Shown: positions 47,761-58,810, counted from the stretch's first letter. The stretch is 64,000 bases of DNA from Longimicrobiales bacterium (GCA_965204735.1 OZ242008.1:3936001-4000000), one strand, 5' to 3'. Translations and numbers: made by a program. Notes: generated by a model not told the origin, from the sequence alone.

Positions 47761-48543
47761 CTACGACGGCGGGGCGACCATCGCGCGGGGGTCGACCGGG
47801 TTGCCGTTCCTTGTGATTTCGAAGTGCAGGTGGGGCGCCGTGGAGTTGCCCGTGGAGCCGGACATGGCGATCACCTCTCCTCGCCGGACCACCGACCCGC
47901 GGGCCACGTGCAGCTCCGACGCGTGCCCGTACAGGCTGTGCAGTCCGTCGCCGTGGTCGAGCAGGACGAAAAAGCCGTAGTCCGGGTCCTCGGCGGCCTC
48001 CTTCACTTGTCCGGTGGCGGCGGCCAGGATGTAGGAACCGGTCTGCACCGCGATGTCGATCCCCGGGTGGTTCCGGTCGGCGCCCGCCACCAAGCCCTGC
48101 GTCAGGTATCCGGCAACCGTCAGCGGCCAAGACCACGAGTCGGGCTGCAGCGGAACCGCCACCGGCCGGCGCGCGCTTCCGTTGCCGTTTGGGCGGGCCA
48201 GCCACAGACCGACTCCGAAGGTGTCCGGGCGACCGACGAGGAGGTGGCGAGCCCTCTCCCACCGCTCTTCCAGCGATTCGATCTCGCGGGACAAGCTGTC
48301 GGCCCGCGCCAACTCCGCCGGTTGCGGCCGCCCGGGGAAAACGAGGTCGCTGGCTTGAGAAGCGCGCACGAACAGAGAGGTCCATGTCGCGGTCATCGCG
48401 ACGAAGGCCACAATCGCGACGACCGTGCTCCAGATCAGGAACCGCAACGCCCTGCGGGAGAGGGTGAACGTTCGCGACTCGCCCCCGCCCTCGGGCAGCA
48501 GGACGATCGAGAGCCCCCGGTCCAGCTTGACGCCCAGCGGCAT
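47761..48543 (-). CDS. M23-family peptidase with N-terminal TM anchor
   Basis: HPGIDIA, YGH, GNSTAPHLHFEI, VDP. Confidence 0.92.
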   Translation of the reverse strand: MPLGVKLDRGLSIVLLPEGGGESRTFTLSRRALRFLIWSTVVAIVAFVAMTATWTSLFVRASQASDLVFPGRPQPAELARADSLSREIESLEERWERARHLLVGRPDTFGVGLWLARPNGNGSARRPVAVPLQPDSWSWPLTVAGYLTQGLVAGADRNHPGIDIAVQTGSYILAAATGQVKEAAEDPDYGFFVLLDHGDGLHSLYGHASELHVARGSVVRRGEVIAMSGSTGNSTAPHLHFEITRNGNPVDPRAMVAPPS

Positions 48544-49458
48544 TCAGCCAACCACCTCGCCGGCGTCCTTGCCGGTGAGCGCCGCAAAGACGCGCTCCAG
48601 GTCCCGGGCGTCGTGGAAGTCGATCCGGATCGCGCCGCTGCCCTTGCCCTTCCACCTGATCGCCACCCGGGTCTGCAAGTGGCCGCAGAGGGCTTCTTCC
48701 AGGGCTCCAACGGCCGGATCCCGGCGAGCCTTCGACTTCGACGGGGCGGTGGTGTCCGGCGCAGCGGCGGGAGCGGCCAGGGTTCTGACCTCTTCCTCCG
48801 TCTCCCGGACGGACCAGGACTCCGCCACGGCCCGGCGCGCGACCTCCGCCGCTCGGACCGGGTCCTTGACCGCCAAGAGCGCGCGAGCGTGGCCCATGGA
48901 GAGGGCACCGTCTTCCAACAACCGCCGCACCGACGGAGGCAAGGTCAGCAGGCGGAGCATGTTGGCCACCGTGGACCTGTTCTTGCCCACCGCCTTGGCA
49001 ATCTTCTCCTGCGTGAAACCGAAGGTATCCCGAAGAGATTCGTAGCCTTGGGCTTCTTCCAGCGGGCCCAGCTCCTCCCTTTGCAGGTTCTCGACCAGCG
49101 CCAAGACGAGAAGCGTGTCGTCGTCCACTGTCCGCACCGACGCCGGCACCTCGGTCCAGCCGAGCTGCTTGACGGCCCGCAGCCTGCGTTCGCCGGCCAC
49201 GAGTTCGTAGGTTCGTCCGCTGGGCGTCTTCCGCACGACCACGGGCTGGAGCAGGCCGCAGCTCTCGATCGACGCCGCAAGCTCGTCCAGATCGCCCGGA
49301 CGGAACTCCTTTCGGGGCTGAAAGGGGTTGGGAACGATCGACCGGACAGGCAAGGCGGCATGTGGCCCGGCAGGTCCTTGGGCCGCGTCGGTGTCCTCGA
49401 TGGCGAACTCCCCGAGCAGCGCTCCCAGGCCTCGGCCCAGGCGGTCGGCCCCGCTCAT
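48544..49458 (-). CDS. parB: Chromosome partitioning protein ParB
   Basis: LGRGLGALL, NPFQPRKEF, GLLQP, AGERRLRA, ENLQRE, HTH. Confidence 0.96.
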   Translation of the reverse strand: MSGADRLGRGLGALLGEFAIEDTDAAQGPAGPHAALPVRSIVPNPFQPRKEFRPGDLDELAASIESCGLLQPVVVRKTPSGRTYELVAGERRLRAVKQLGWTEVPASVRTVDDDTLLVLALVENLQREELGPLEEAQGYESLRDTFGFTQEKIAKAVGKNRSTVANMLRLLTLPPSVRRLLEDGALSMGHARALLAVKDPVRAAEVARRAVAESWSVRETEEEVRTLAAPAAAPDTTAPSKSKARRDPAVGALEEALCGHLQTRVAIRWKGKGSGAIRIDFHDARDLERVFAALTGKDAGEVVG

Positions 49459-50288
49459 GCGCCCGCTCCGGCCATTGCACCCGTCTCTGCATCGGCGCTC
49501 CCGGCCCCGGCGCTTCCTGCGCGCCCGCGTCTCGCCAGCAGCTCGTGAGCCAGCGCGGCGTAGCGGCGAGCGCCTATGGACGCCGGCTGGTACCCGGTCA
49601 GCGGGACTCCGAAGCTGGGCGCCTCGGCGATAGTGACATTTCGCGGGATGACGGTCGAGAACACCCGGTCGCCAAAGTACTTCGAGGCCTCGGCCGCTAC
49701 TTGGCGCGAGAGGTTGAGGCGCTGGTCGTACATCGTCAGCAGGACGCCTTCGACGGTCAGTCTCGGGTTCAGGTTGCGCTGGATCAGCCGGATGGCGTTC
49801 AGGAGCTGGGTCAACCCCTCCAGGGCGTAGTACTCGCACTGGATGGGGATCAGCACCGAGTCGGCGGCCACAAGGGTGTTGACCGTGAGCAGTCCAAGAG
49901 ACGGCGGACAATCGACCAGGACGTAGTCGTAGTCGGGCAAGACGGGCGCCAGCGTCTCGGAGAGGATTCGCTCTCTGTCGCGGACGCCCACAAGCTCGAT
50001 CTCCGCTCCGGCCAAGTCCCGGTTGGCAGGCACGACGTGCAGGCTGCCGTGCCCCGCGACTCCTCGGTGAACGGCGCGGAAGACAGGAAGCCCGCGGATC
50101 AAGACGTCGTAGATCGTCGGCCCCCGGTCCTTCGCAAGCCCCAGCCCGCTGGACGCGTTCCCCTGGGGGTCCATGTCCACGACCAGAACGCCAACGTCGT
50201 TGGCAGCCAGCGCCGCCCCCAGATTGACGGCCGTCGTCGTCTTCCCGACGCCGCCCTTCTGGTTCGCCAGGGCAATGACTTGGGTCAT
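49455..50288 (-). CDS. parA: Chromosome partitioning ATPase ParA/Soj
   Basis: NQKGGVGKTTT, DMDPQGNAS, DCPPSLG, QCEYYALEG, EAPSFG. Confidence 0.97.
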   Translation of the reverse strand: MTQVIALANQKGGVGKTTTAVNLGAALAANDVGVLVVDMDPQGNASSGLGLAKDRGPTIYDVLIRGLPVFRAVHRGVAGHGSLHVVPANRDLAGAEIELVGVRDRERILSETLAPVLPDYDYVLVDCPPSLGLLTVNTLVAADSVLIPIQCEYYALEGLTQLLNAIRLIQRNLNPRLTVEGVLLTMYDQRLNLSRQVAAEASKYFGDRVFSTVIPRNVTIAEAPSFGVPLTGYQPASIGARRYAALAHELLARRGRAGSAGAGSADAETGAMAGAGA

Positions 50289-50477
50289 GTCGGCTCCGTT
50301 TCTGGGCAGGGGCTGGCCGGGATCTTGGGCGAACCGGCTATGGGGAGCAACGGGCGGGGGCCAACGGACAATGCGGGCCAGGAACGACCCGTCGGTGGAA
50401 CATAGCACGATTGGACCACTCGGCAGGACCCCCGTTGCTCGCTGTTTGCGGCACTCCCGCAGCTCCCTGGTACCACT

Positions 50478-50493
50478 TGTTCCACGTGGAACA
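50478..50493. promoter_or_regulatory. parS: parS site 1
   Basis: Perfect palindrome TGTTCCACGTGGAACA upstream of parA. Confidence 0.95.
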
Positions 50494-50576
50494 GCGGGGC
50501 CTTCCCGGCAAGCCGCGGTCCCTTCGTTCCGGCGTCGAAGCCTGCTGGTTGTTGAACGAGCCCTTTAGTGGCGACG

Positions 50577-50592
50577 TGTTTCACGTGGAACA
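50577..50592. promoter_or_regulatory. parS: parS site 2
   Basis: TGTTTCACGTGGAACA, 99 bp from site 1. The two sites share the 3' flank GCGG(G/C)GCCT. Confidence 0.93.
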
Positions 50593-50851
50593 GCGGCGCC
50601 TGCACCCTGCCGAGCTGGCCGTCATCGCTTGGCGTCCCACTGATTCGTGCGCCACAGCTGGACCCATTGCAGAACAGCCCGATCCCGCCGTCATCGCCAG
50701 AATCGTCTCCGGCGCGAACGGTGACATCAGCGAGCAGATGCCCGTCCCCACACCCTCGAACAGCGAGTCCGCCAGGTCCATGTCCACGGCGTCCAGGCAC
50801 CGGAGCAGGACCAGCCAGTAGCCAACCAGCCAGCCGACCAGACCATCGGCC

Positions 50852-51019
50852 TCACGAGGTCACCCACGCCCAAGTCGCCAGGGCCAGAATCCCGACCGCG
50901 ACGATGACTGGCACGGCGCACCACCACGCGGCCGCCCGAATCGACTCGAGCAGCTCCGTCTGCCGCACCAGCTCATCCCGCACGAAGTTGTCCATCAGGT
51001 CCTTGTCCTCATTGTCCAT
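50852..51019 (-). CDS. Small (55 aa) tail-anchored membrane protein, hypothetical
   Basis: GAGGA RBS + ATG, acidic N-terminus, C-terminal TM (WWCAVPVIVAVGILALATWAWV), GC3-biased codons. Confidence 0.5.
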   Translation of the reverse strand: MDNEDKDLMDNFVRDELVRQTELLESIRAAAWWCAVPVIVAVGILALATWAWVTS

Positions 51020-51034
51020 CAGGTCCTCGTCCTC
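50988..51034. repeat. 24-bp-period tandem duplication (2 copies, 1 mismatch in 23 bp)
   Basis: TTGTCCATCAGGTCCTTGTCCTC at 50988-51010 and TTGTCCATCAGGTCCTCGTCCTC at 51012-51034. Confidence 0.85.
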
Positions 51035-51321
51035 CAGTTGGATCGGGTGGTGACCGTCGCTGGGCCGGCGCGCGGTCGGCATGTTCCGTGGACGACCCTG
51101 CAAACGATATCTCACTCAGCCCAACCTCACCAAGAGCTGCTTCACCGCGCACCAGCACCGCGCACGCGATGAACCGGACCTTCTCGCGGGGTCGACTGTT
51201 CAGACCATCTGGACATTGAACCAACCTCCTGTTGGGGACCTCGGACACCCGTTCGGAGGACGACGACCGCCGGCGCCGTGGCCAAGCTCTGGCCGGGTGG
51301 AGCCCAGCAACGACAACCGTC

Positions 51322-53244
51322 TCATCCTGGTTGTCGCTCGCCAGTTGCGTCTTCGGCCTTCAGCTTGCGCACTTCCATTACCAAGTTCTGGAGGTCGGCG
51401 GGCGAGAGTCCCGGTATCCGCCCTGCCTGAGCCAAGGTGGCGGGGCGCACCCGCGTCAGCTGCTGGCGCGCCTCCCACGACAGAGTGACGAAGTCGTGGT
51501 AGGGCGCGTCTTCGGGGATGGAGAAGGCAGCCTGGGCCCGCAGCTTCGCGGCGCGCTCCGCTTCGCGTCGGACATAGCCCTCGTACTTCGCGTCCACTTC
51601 GACCGTGGCCAGGACGTCTTCCCCGAACGACGGCGCGCGCTCCGGCCCGACCGCTTCCAGCAGCGCTCCCGCGCCAATGCCCGGGCGGCGCAGCAGCTCG
51701 CGTGCTCTCTTGGGCTCCGAGATCGGCGCACTGCCTGCTCCTTCCAGCACCGGGTTGGCCGTCCTGGGCGGCACGGCCGTCTCCTTGAACCATGCCAGGG
51801 CCCGGCTCTCGTCGGCCAGACGCTCGGCCAGGACACCTTCTTGCTGCTCGGTCAGCAACCCGATCTCCCGCGCCGTCACGCCCAGACGGCCCGCGGTGTT
51901 GTCCTGACGCAGCAGCAGCCGGAACTCGGCCCTCGACGTGAAGAGCCTGTACGGCTCGTCCACCCCCTTCGTCACCAAGTCGTCCACCAGCACGCCGACG
52001 TACCCTTGGTCCCTCTCCACGACCAGCGACGCTCTGCCCTGCGCGGCCAGCGCCGCGTTGGCGCCCGCCACCACCCCCTGCCCCGCCGCCTCCTCGTATC
52101 CCGTGGTGCCATTGATCTGGCCGGCGAAGTAGAGCCCCGGCACGTCCCGCACTTCGAGCGTGTGGCGAAGCTGGTGGGGCGGGAAGTAGTCGTACTCGAC
52201 GGCGTACCCGGGCTTGGTGATCTTCGCTTCCTCCAATCCCGGAATCGACCGAAGGAACTCCAGCTGCACCTCGGCCGGAAGCGACGTGGACAATCCGTTG
52301 ACGTACAGCTCGGTGGTGTCCAGCCCTTCCGGCTCCAGGAACACTTGATGCCGGGGCGCGTCGGGGAAGCGGACCACCTTGTCCTCGATCGACGGACAGT
52401 ACCGAGGACCCCGGCCCGAAATCTCCCCACCGTAGAGGGCGCTCCGGGCCAAGTTTCGGGTGACGATCTCCTTGAGGCCGGCGTCGGTCCACGTAATCCA
52501 GCACGGCAACTGTTCAAGCAGGGGCTCGCGGGCGTAGGAGCAGAACCGGAACGCGTCGCTGCCTTCGTCTCGGTCCTGGCGCCGGCAGCGAGCGTAGTCC
52601 ACCGTGCGGCCGTCGATCCTGGGAGGCGTCCCCGTCTTGAAGCGCGCCACCCGGAGACCGTGCCCCTCCAGCGCCTCGGCAAAGGAAACCGACGGCTCCT
52701 CGCCCGCCCGCCCGGCCCCCTGTGCTGCCGAGCCGCCGACGTGCAGCCGGCCTCGCAGAAAGGTGCCGGCAGTCACGACCACCTTCTTCCCCTCGAACGT
52801 CACGCCTCCCCGGGTCTCGACGCCGTGCACGCGGCCCGTCGCTCCCCGGCGCTCGCGGTCGACCAGCAGCCCGGTGACCATCTCCTGAAAGAGGTCCAGG
52901 CCGGAGAGCCCGTCCAGGATGCGCCGCACGGCGACGGCGTACCGCACTCGGTCGCACTGGGCCCGGGGACCCCATACGGCCGGCCCCTTCGACCGATTGA
53001 GCATCCGAAAGTGAATCCGGCTGGCGTCGGCGGCCCGCGCCATCACCCCGCCCATTGCGCCAACCTCTCGCGCAAGCGTCCCCTTCGCCACCCCGCCGAT
53101 CGCGGGGTTGCAGCTCATCTGCGCAATGCGCGTCAGGTCCGGCGTCACCAAGACCGTGGCGGCGCCCAGCCTGGCCGAGGCGGCGGCGGCCTCGACGCCT
53201 GCGTGGCCGCCGCCTACCACGATCACGTCGTATCGCAGCCGCAC
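51322..53244 (-). CDS. mnmG: tRNA uridine-5-carboxymethylaminomethyl modification enzyme MnmG (GidA)
   Basis: [58 protein letters not shown]. Confidence 0.98.
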   Translation of the reverse strand: MRLRYDVIVVGGGHAGVEAAAASARLGAATVLVTPDLTRIAQMSCNPAIGGVAKGTLAREVGAMGGVMARAADASRIHFRMLNRSKGPAVWGPRAQCDRVRYAVAVRRILDGLSGLDLFQEMVTGLLVDRERRGATGRVHGVETRGGVTFEGKKVVVTAGTFLRGRLHVGGSAAQGAGRAGEEPSVSFAEALEGHGLRVARFKTGTPPRIDGRTVDYARCRRQDRDEGSDAFRFCSYAREPLLEQLPCWITWTDAGLKEIVTRNLARSALYGGEISGRGPRYCPSIEDKVVRFPDAPRHQVFLEPEGLDTTELYVNGLSTSLPAEVQLEFLRSIPGLEEAKITKPGYAVEYDYFPPHQLRHTLEVRDVPGLYFAGQINGTTGYEEAAGQGVVAGANAALAAQGRASLVVERDQGYVGVLVDDLVTKGVDEPYRLFTSRAEFRLLLRQDNTAGRLGVTAREIGLLTEQQEGVLAERLADESRALAWFKETAVPPRTANPVLEGAGSAPISEPKRARELLRRPGIGAGALLEAVGPERAPSFGEDVLATVEVDAKYEGYVRREAERAAKLRAQAAFSIPEDAPYHDFVTLSWEARQQLTRVRPATLAQAGRIPGLSPADLQNLVMEVRKLKAEDATGERQPG

Positions 53245-53248
53245 GACC

Positions 53249-54616
53249 CTACTTCCCGATGCAGAAGTCCCGAAAGACGCGATCCAGCACGTCTTCGTCG
53301 GCGACCACGCCCAGGACTTCTTCCAGCGACGTCTCCGCCGACTTCAAGTGGGCCGAGGCCGCCTCGGGCGGCACGCCCTTCTCCAGCGCCGAGCAGAACG
53401 CTTCGACCTCGCCCATGGCCGCCTCCAGGTCTCGGGCTTGGCGCTGGGTGGTCACCACCGGCACGTCGTTCCGATTCTCCACCACGCCGCGGAACACCAG
53501 CCGCCTCAAGGCTTCCTGGAGCGAATCGAGTCCTTCGCCGGTCCGCACCGACACCGCCACTTCATCCGCTCTCGGCGCTTCGCCGGCCTGGGCCAAGTCC
53601 CACTTCGTCCGCACGAACACGACTGGCGCGCTCAACGACGCGACAAAGGCCCCCTCGGCCTCGTCGTCCGGCGCCGACCCGCTCTCCCGACAGTAGAGCA
53701 CGACGTCGGCCTCTTCCAAGTACCTGCGCGCGACCTCGATCCCCAGCTGCTCGATCGACCCGGCGCCGTTGCGGAGGCCGGCCGTGTCCACCAGCCGGAA
53801 CGGGAAGCCGTCGATCCCGACCACTGCCTCCACGGCGTCCCGCGTCGTGCCCGCCTCGCCGGCGACAATGGCCCGCTCGACTCCCAGCAAGCCGTTGAAG
53901 AGACTGGACTTGCCGGAGTTCGGCCGTCCGGCCAGCACCGCCAGCGCGCCCTCTCGAAGGAGCTCCCCGGCCGGCGCCGTCGCCAGCAGCAGGGCCATCT
54001 CCCGCGCCAGGTCGCGGCCCCGGGACGCAATCGTGCCCAAGGCCACGGGCGCGTCGTCTTCCTCGGGGAAGTCGATGTGCTGCACCAGCAGGGCGGAGAG
54101 CTCCACCAGCCGCTCCCGCAGCGCCGCAACCCTCTCTCCCAGCCCCCTTTCCAGCTGGTGGAGCGCAACCGTTCGGCCCTTCGCCGCCTTGGCCGCCACC
54201 AAGCCCGCCACGGCTTCCGCCTGGGTCAGGTCGAGCTTCCCGTTGAGGTAGGCGCGTTGCGTGAACTCTCCCGGACGCGCCCGTCGCGCTCCCAGATCGA
54301 CGCAAGCTTCCAGTGCGACGGCGGGCGTCTCGTAGCCGCCGTGGGTCGACACTTCCACGACGTCTTCTCCGGTGTAGCTGGCGGGAGCCCGGTAGACCGC
54401 CACGAGCGCGTGATCCAGCGTTTCGTCGGAGCCGGGCCGGGTCAACGCGCAGAGCCTGCTCGCACGGTCTGCCCACTCGGCAGGGTTCCGGCGGGTCAGC
54501 CTTCCTGCGATTTCAATCGCATGGGGACCCGACAAGCGCAAGACCGCAACGGCGCCGAGCCCGGGCGGCGTCGCCTGTGCGACGATCGTGTCGCCGAGAG
54601 AGCTCCGCTTCCGCAT
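53249..54616 (-). CDS. mnmE: tRNA modification GTPase MnmE (TrmE)
   Basis: [51 protein letters not shown]. Confidence 0.98.
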   Translation of the reverse strand: MRKRSSLGDTIVAQATPPGLGAVAVLRLSGPHAIEIAGRLTRRNPAEWADRASRLCALTRPGSDETLDHALVAVYRAPASYTGEDVVEVSTHGGYETPAVALEACVDLGARRARPGEFTQRAYLNGKLDLTQAEAVAGLVAAKAAKGRTVALHQLERGLGERVAALRERLVELSALLVQHIDFPEEDDAPVALGTIASRGRDLAREMALLLATAPAGELLREGALAVLAGRPNSGKSSLFNGLLGVERAIVAGEAGTTRDAVEAVVGIDGFPFRLVDTAGLRNGAGSIEQLGIEVARRYLEEADVVLYCRESGSAPDDEAEGAFVASLSAPVVFVRTKWDLAQAGEAPRADEVAVSVRTGEGLDSLQEALRRLVFRGVVENRNDVPVVTTQRQARDLEAAMGEVEAFCSALEKGVPPEAASAHLKSAETSLEEVLGVVADEDVLDRVFRDFCIGK

Positions 54617-54634
54617 CGCCGGGGATGGATTGCC

Positions 54635-56368
54635 TCACGAGCGGGTCTTGGCGGGCCCGCTCCGGGCAAGTCCCGCCTGCGCCTTCTTCCGCTGCTTGGC
54701 GATGATCAGCTGCTGCGGGATCGTCGCGATGTTCACGACGGAGTAGTAAAGATTCAAGCCCGACGCAAAGCGGAAGAACAGCACCACCATGAGCACCGGC
54801 ATCAAGTACATGATCACCTTCATCTGCGGATTCGAGCTACCCGCGACCCTCATGCTGATGTACTGCAACAAGAACATGCTGGCGCCCATGAACAACGGGA
54901 GTATGTAGAGAGGGTCCGGCGCCGAGAGGTCCGGCAGCCAAAGGAACGACTCGCCCCGCAGCTGAATCGTGTTCTGGAAGACGAAGAACAAGGCGATCAG
55001 CACAGGCCAGGGCAACAGCATCGGCAGGCAGCCTCCCATGGGGCTGGCGCCTTCCTCCTTGTACAGCTTCATCGTTTCCCGGGCTACCGCCTCCCTGTCG
55101 TCGCCGTACTTCTTCTTCAGTTCCTCGACGCGCGGCTGAAGCGCCATCGTCTTGACCTGCGAGCGCATCGACTTCTGGTACAGCGGCCACATGAGCAAGC
55201 GCATCACGATGCCGATGACGATCAGCACCCAACCGTACCCGAGCAGCAGTTGATCGTGCAGGAAGTTCATCATCCAAAGCACCACCCCGACGAAGGGCCG
55301 CACGATCGGCCTGAAGAACCTCCAGCCGTAGGGGTTGACCTCCTCCATGTCGTGGCCCATGGCCACCAGCCGTTCCCGCTCCATCGGTCCCAGATAGGCT
55401 CGGTACCCGTAGCGCCCCGAACTCTCCACGGGCACCCCCACGTGCACGCCCGCGCTGCCTTCGGCGCCTGGACGGGCCGCGACCGTCGCCAGAAACTCCC
55501 CGTCCCTGGCCGGCAACACGGCCTCGAGGAAGAACTTGCTCTTCAGCCCCGCCCAATGCAGCGGCCCGCCCCTCTCCTCGTGTTCCTTCACCCTGCTCAA
55601 GGCCCGAGACCGGATGCCGCTCTCCACGTGGTTGCTGGAGTAGGCCATCATTCGCCGGTCTTCGGGCGCGTGAAGCTCGTTGACCGCCAGCCCCGGCCCC
55701 AGGTCCACCAGCAGCGTGGTCCGGTCGGGCGAGTCCAGCTCCGGCAACCGGCCGTCGACCTGCACGAGGTAGGAGTCCGGCGAGAAGGTGTACGTGATCT
55801 CGCTGAAGAAGCGTCCCGTGGGGTGGTCGTACCTGAAGACCAGCGAGCGGGGAGCACTCCCTTCGTCCAGGCGGATGCCTTCCGAAGGCGTGGCGACGTG
55901 GCCGTACCCTGCCAGCGGCACCGTGTCCGTGCCCGCTCCGACTACCCACACGCCGCCGAGAACGCCCCACGAGCCCTGCGCGCTGCCCGGGGCCGCCGCG
56001 CCTGGAAGCGGATCGGGCACCAGCTGCACCGGTCCGTCGCGGGCAAACGACCGATGCTGGAGGAGCTCGGCGGAGCGCAGGATGGCTCCGAAGGTGGAGA
56101 ACGAAAGGCGGTAGAGAGGCGTCTCCACCGTCACGACGCTTTCCCGCGCAACCGCCTCGTCGTCGCCGGATTCGTCCGGCGGCGGCTCCTCCTCCCGCAT
56201 GAGTCCCGCGACCAAGCCCGACTCCTCTTCCACTCCTTCTTCGAGCTCGCTGGCCGGCGGCGGTTCTTCGGGGGCCGGGTCCGGCGGAAAGAGAAAGTTC
56301 GTTCCGACAATCACGCCCATCATGAGCAGGACCGCCAAGACGAAGCGGCGTATCTCTGTTCCGCTCAC
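54635..56368 (-). CDS. yidC: Membrane protein insertase YidC
   Basis: N-terminal TM, periplasmic domain, [27 protein letters not shown]. Confidence 0.96.
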   Translation of the reverse strand: MSGTEIRRFVLAVLLMMGVIVGTNFLFPPDPAPEEPPPASELEEGVEEESGLVAGLMREEEPPPDESGDDEAVARESVVTVETPLYRLSFSTFGAILRSAELLQHRSFARDGPVQLVPDPLPGAAAPGSAQGSWGVLGGVWVVGAGTDTVPLAGYGHVATPSEGIRLDEGSAPRSLVFRYDHPTGRFFSEITYTFSPDSYLVQVDGRLPELDSPDRTTLLVDLGPGLAVNELHAPEDRRMMAYSSNHVESGIRSRALSRVKEHEERGGPLHWAGLKSKFFLEAVLPARDGEFLATVAARPGAEGSAGVHVGVPVESSGRYGYRAYLGPMERERLVAMGHDMEEVNPYGWRFFRPIVRPFVGVVLWMMNFLHDQLLLGYGWVLIVIGIVMRLLMWPLYQKSMRSQVKTMALQPRVEELKKKYGDDREAVARETMKLYKEEGASPMGGCLPMLLPWPVLIALFFVFQNTIQLRGESFLWLPDLSAPDPLYILPLFMGASMFLLQYISMRVAGSSNPQMKVIMYLMPVLMVVLFFRFASGLNLYYSVVNIATIPQQLIIAKQRKKAQAGLARSGPAKTRS

Positions 56369-56613
56369 CGAACCGCCCTCTCCTCCGGAGCCGCCCTTCG
56401 TCCGGGCACGGGATCCCAGCCGGAACCGCCCCAAGGCCGACATCGGACGACCCGCTTCGCGCCAAGCCACGCGCCCCGCAGCGTCCCGTGCTCCTCGACC
56501 GCCTGCAGGGCGTATTCGGAGCAACTGGGCGTGAACCGGCACGCCGGGGGCGTCAGCGGCGACACTGCTCTCTGATAGAACCGGAGGAGCGCGATCAGCG
56601 CCGAGCGGAGCAT
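56365..56613 (-). CDS. yidD: Membrane protein insertion efficiency factor YidD
   Basis: [28 protein letters not shown]. Confidence 0.96.
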   Translation of the reverse strand: MLRSALIALLRFYQRAVSPLTPPACRFTPSCSEYALQAVEEHGTLRGAWLGAKRVVRCRPWGGSGWDPVPGRRAAPEERAVR

Positions 56614-57011
56614 ATCTCCTCCACTACTCCCATCACCGCGTCCTCGAGTTGCCCGTACGTAGCCCGGTAGGCTCTTCGTTTCGCGTGGACCAGCACGTCC
56701 GCGTCTACCCCCGCCTCCTGGAGACGCTGGAGAACCCGCCGGCGACCGATCTCGCGCAGGCGACGCTTCAGGCGGTTCCGCGCGACGATTCGCTCTCCCA
56801 GCTTGGGCACCACGAAGCCCACCCGTCCGATCGGCCGACCCGAACGTCCCGTCCTGGACCGAACCAGCGCCAGAACGTCGATCAGCGGGGTGCGAACGCG
56901 CCTCCCCTCCTTGAAGAGGGCTTCGATCTCCCGACTCCGGCGAACCCTCGCGCTACGGGGAAGTCCCTCCCTGGGGTGCCTGGGCACTGGCCCCGCGGCT
57001 CCTGCCGACAC
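56595..57011 (-). CDS. rnpA: Ribonuclease P protein component
   Basis: RVGFVVPK...[12 protein letters not shown] (RNR motif). Conserved position after rpmH. Confidence 0.92.
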   Translation of the reverse strand: MSAGAAGPVPRHPREGLPRSARVRRSREIEALFKEGRRVRTPLIDVLALVRSRTGRSGRPIGRVGFVVPKLGERIVARNRLKRRLREIGRRRVLQRLQEAGVDADVLVHAKRRAYRATYGQLEDAVMGVVEEICSARR

Positions 57012-57023
57012 GCTGTGGGGAAC

Positions 57024-57182
57024 TTACCGGGCGTACTTGGATCCGATGCGGACGGTCAACCGCTTCCGGCCCCTTCGGCGTCGCCGGTTCAGCGCCTTTC
57101 GGCCGCCCGGGCTGCTCATTCGAGCCCGGAACCCGTGCTTGTTCAAGCGCTTGCGGTTTCGGGGCCTGTACGTCGGTTTCAT
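57024..57182 (-). CDS. rpmH: 50S ribosomal protein L34 (not in the ORF track)
   Basis: Manual translation: [52 protein letters not shown]. Confidence 0.97.
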   Translation of the reverse strand: MKPTYRPRNRKRLNKHGFRARMSSPGGRKALNRRRRRGRKRLTVRIGSKYAR

Positions 57183-57418
57183 GTGAAGCGCCTCTCTTGG
57201 CGGGCCGGAAGTCCTCGAAGCGAGCTGAGCCGCGTACTTTAGCCGAATGCGTGGTCGTCGTCAATTGGCCGAGCCTCGGTCCGAGCATCCTGGCCGGGAG
57301 CGACGCGGTCCCGGAACCGGAAGCCCTGCTCCCGGAGTTCCGCCCCGCTCGGGTTTGACCGGGCGAGCGGCGCCGGGTAACCTTGGAGCCCTCCAACTTT
57401 CGGACCTCGTGGGAAGGC

Positions 57419-58810
57419 ATGGACCCGGACGCCACCGAACTCTGGAAGACGATCCTTCGGCTTGTCGCCGAATCGGTACGGGAGCAGGGCTACGCCACAT
57501 GGCTCTCGAAGGTGGAGGCCGTCTCGTGGTCGGGGCGCGTCCTCCGGGCCGAGGCCCCCGATCGGTTCCACGCCGAGTGGGTCGAGGACAAGTACGGAGG
57601 CCTCCTCCAGAAGGTGGGCGAGCAAGTGGCCGGCGCGCCTTTCAGCATCCGCGTCTCCTCCAGCGGGTCGCCGCGGGGGCGGCCGCCCGAAGTCAGCCTG
57701 GCGCCCGTCGTTCCCCCGTCCGAAGAGGAGTCCGCCGAGCAGCCCCCGGCGTACCTGAACCAGCGCTACACCTTCGATCGGTTCGTCGTGGGGGAGAACA
57801 ACCGGCTCGCCCAGGCGGCCAGCCTGGCGGTCGCCGAACGTCCCGCAGACGCCTACAACCCTCTCTTTCTCTACGGAGCGACGGGGCTCGGCAAGACCCA
57901 CCTGATGCAGGCCATCGCCAACCGGATCCTGAAGTCGGGGCGGAGCAGGAGCCCCAGGATCTGCTGCGTCCCGGCGGAGCAGTTCATGAACGAGATGGTG
58001 ACGGCGATTCAGAAGAACACGATGGAAGCCTTCCGGACCCGCTACCGCTCCTACGAGCTTCTCCTGGTGGACGACGTCCAGTTCCTCCGCAAGAAGGAGC
58101 ACACCCAGGAGGAGTTCTTCCACACCTTCAACGCCCTGCACCAGAACAGCTGTCAGATCGTCCTGACCAGCGACCGGAAGCCCAAGGAACTCGAGGGTCT
58201 CCAGGATCGACTGATGTCCCGGTTCGAGTGGGGGTTGGTGGCGGACGTGAGCCGGCCCAGCTACGAGACCCGCGTGGCGATCCTCCGGAAGAAGGCCGAA
58301 GAGGACCGGGTGGGCCTCGACCCCGACGTTCTGGACTTGGTCGCCCGCCGCTGCCGATCGTCGGTCCGGGAGCTGGAGGGCGCGATCATCAAGCTCCTGG
58401 CGTTCTCCTCGCTCACCAACCAGGACCTGACGATGGAAGTGGCGCGCCAAGCCCTGACCGGCACCGAAGAGGAGAGCGCACCGGAAGACGTCGCGAGCGA
58501 CCTCGCCGCCGAAGGTGCGGACGGCCCCGAAGCGATCCGGAACGCAGTCGCGGAGGCGTGGGGACTCGCCGGGGAGGAGTTGGCTTCCAGCACCCGCGCC
58601 CGACACGTGGTGGTCCCCCGCCAAGTCGCCATGCTGCTCATCAAGGACGTTCTCGACGTGCCGCTCCGCCGAGTCGGAGAGGCGCTCGGAGGTCGTCACC
58701 ACTCCACCGTGCTGCACTCGATCCGCAAAGCGCAGGACAGGATCCAGGCCGACGACGGGCTCCGAACGAAGGTGGAGTCCCTTGCGGAAGACCTGCGGAG
58801 AACCGCGTGA
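57419..58810 (+). CDS. dnaA: Chromosomal replication initiator DnaA
   Basis: YTFDRFVVG, YNPLFLYGATGLGKTHL, LLVDDVQF, QEEFFHTFN, SRFEWGL, RELEGA, PRQVAM. Confidence 0.98.
   Translation: MDPDATELWKTILRLVAESVREQGYATWLSKVEAVSWSGRVLRAEAPDRFHAEWVEDKYGGLLQKVGEQVAGAPFSIRVSSSGSPRGRPPEVSLAPVVPPSEEESAEQPPAYLNQRYTFDRFVVGENNRLAQAASLAVAERPADAYNPLFLYGATGLGKTHLMQAIANRILKSGRSRSPRICCVPAEQFMNEMVTAIQKNTMEAFRTRYRSYELLLVDDVQFLRKKEHTQEEFFHTFNALHQNSCQIVLTSDRKPKELEGLQDRLMSRFEWGLVADVSRPSYETRVAILRKKAEEDRVGLDPDVLDLVARRCRSSVRELEGAIIKLLAFSSLTNQDLTMEVARQALTGTEEESAPEDVASDLAAEGADGPEAIRNAVAEAWGLAGEELASSTRARHVVVPRQVAMLLIKDVLDVPLRRVGEALGGRHHSTVLHSIRKAQDRIQADDGLRTKVESLAEDLRRTA

Noticed and set aside
50478..50602. Two near-identical units about 25 bp long and 99 bp apart, as a possible mini-CRISPR
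   Set aside because: They are parS palindromes. There are only two copies and no cas genes.
50581..50850. Hydrophobic reading frame (GLVGWLVGYWLVLLRCLDAVDMDLADSLFEG...) running into parS2
   Set aside because: No credible start or family motif. It may be a decayed fragment but cannot be supported.
51200..51325. [13 protein letters not shown] overlapping the mnmG stop, resembling the Dxr N-terminus
   Set aside because: Similarity ends after 10 residues (no GSIG), so probably chance.
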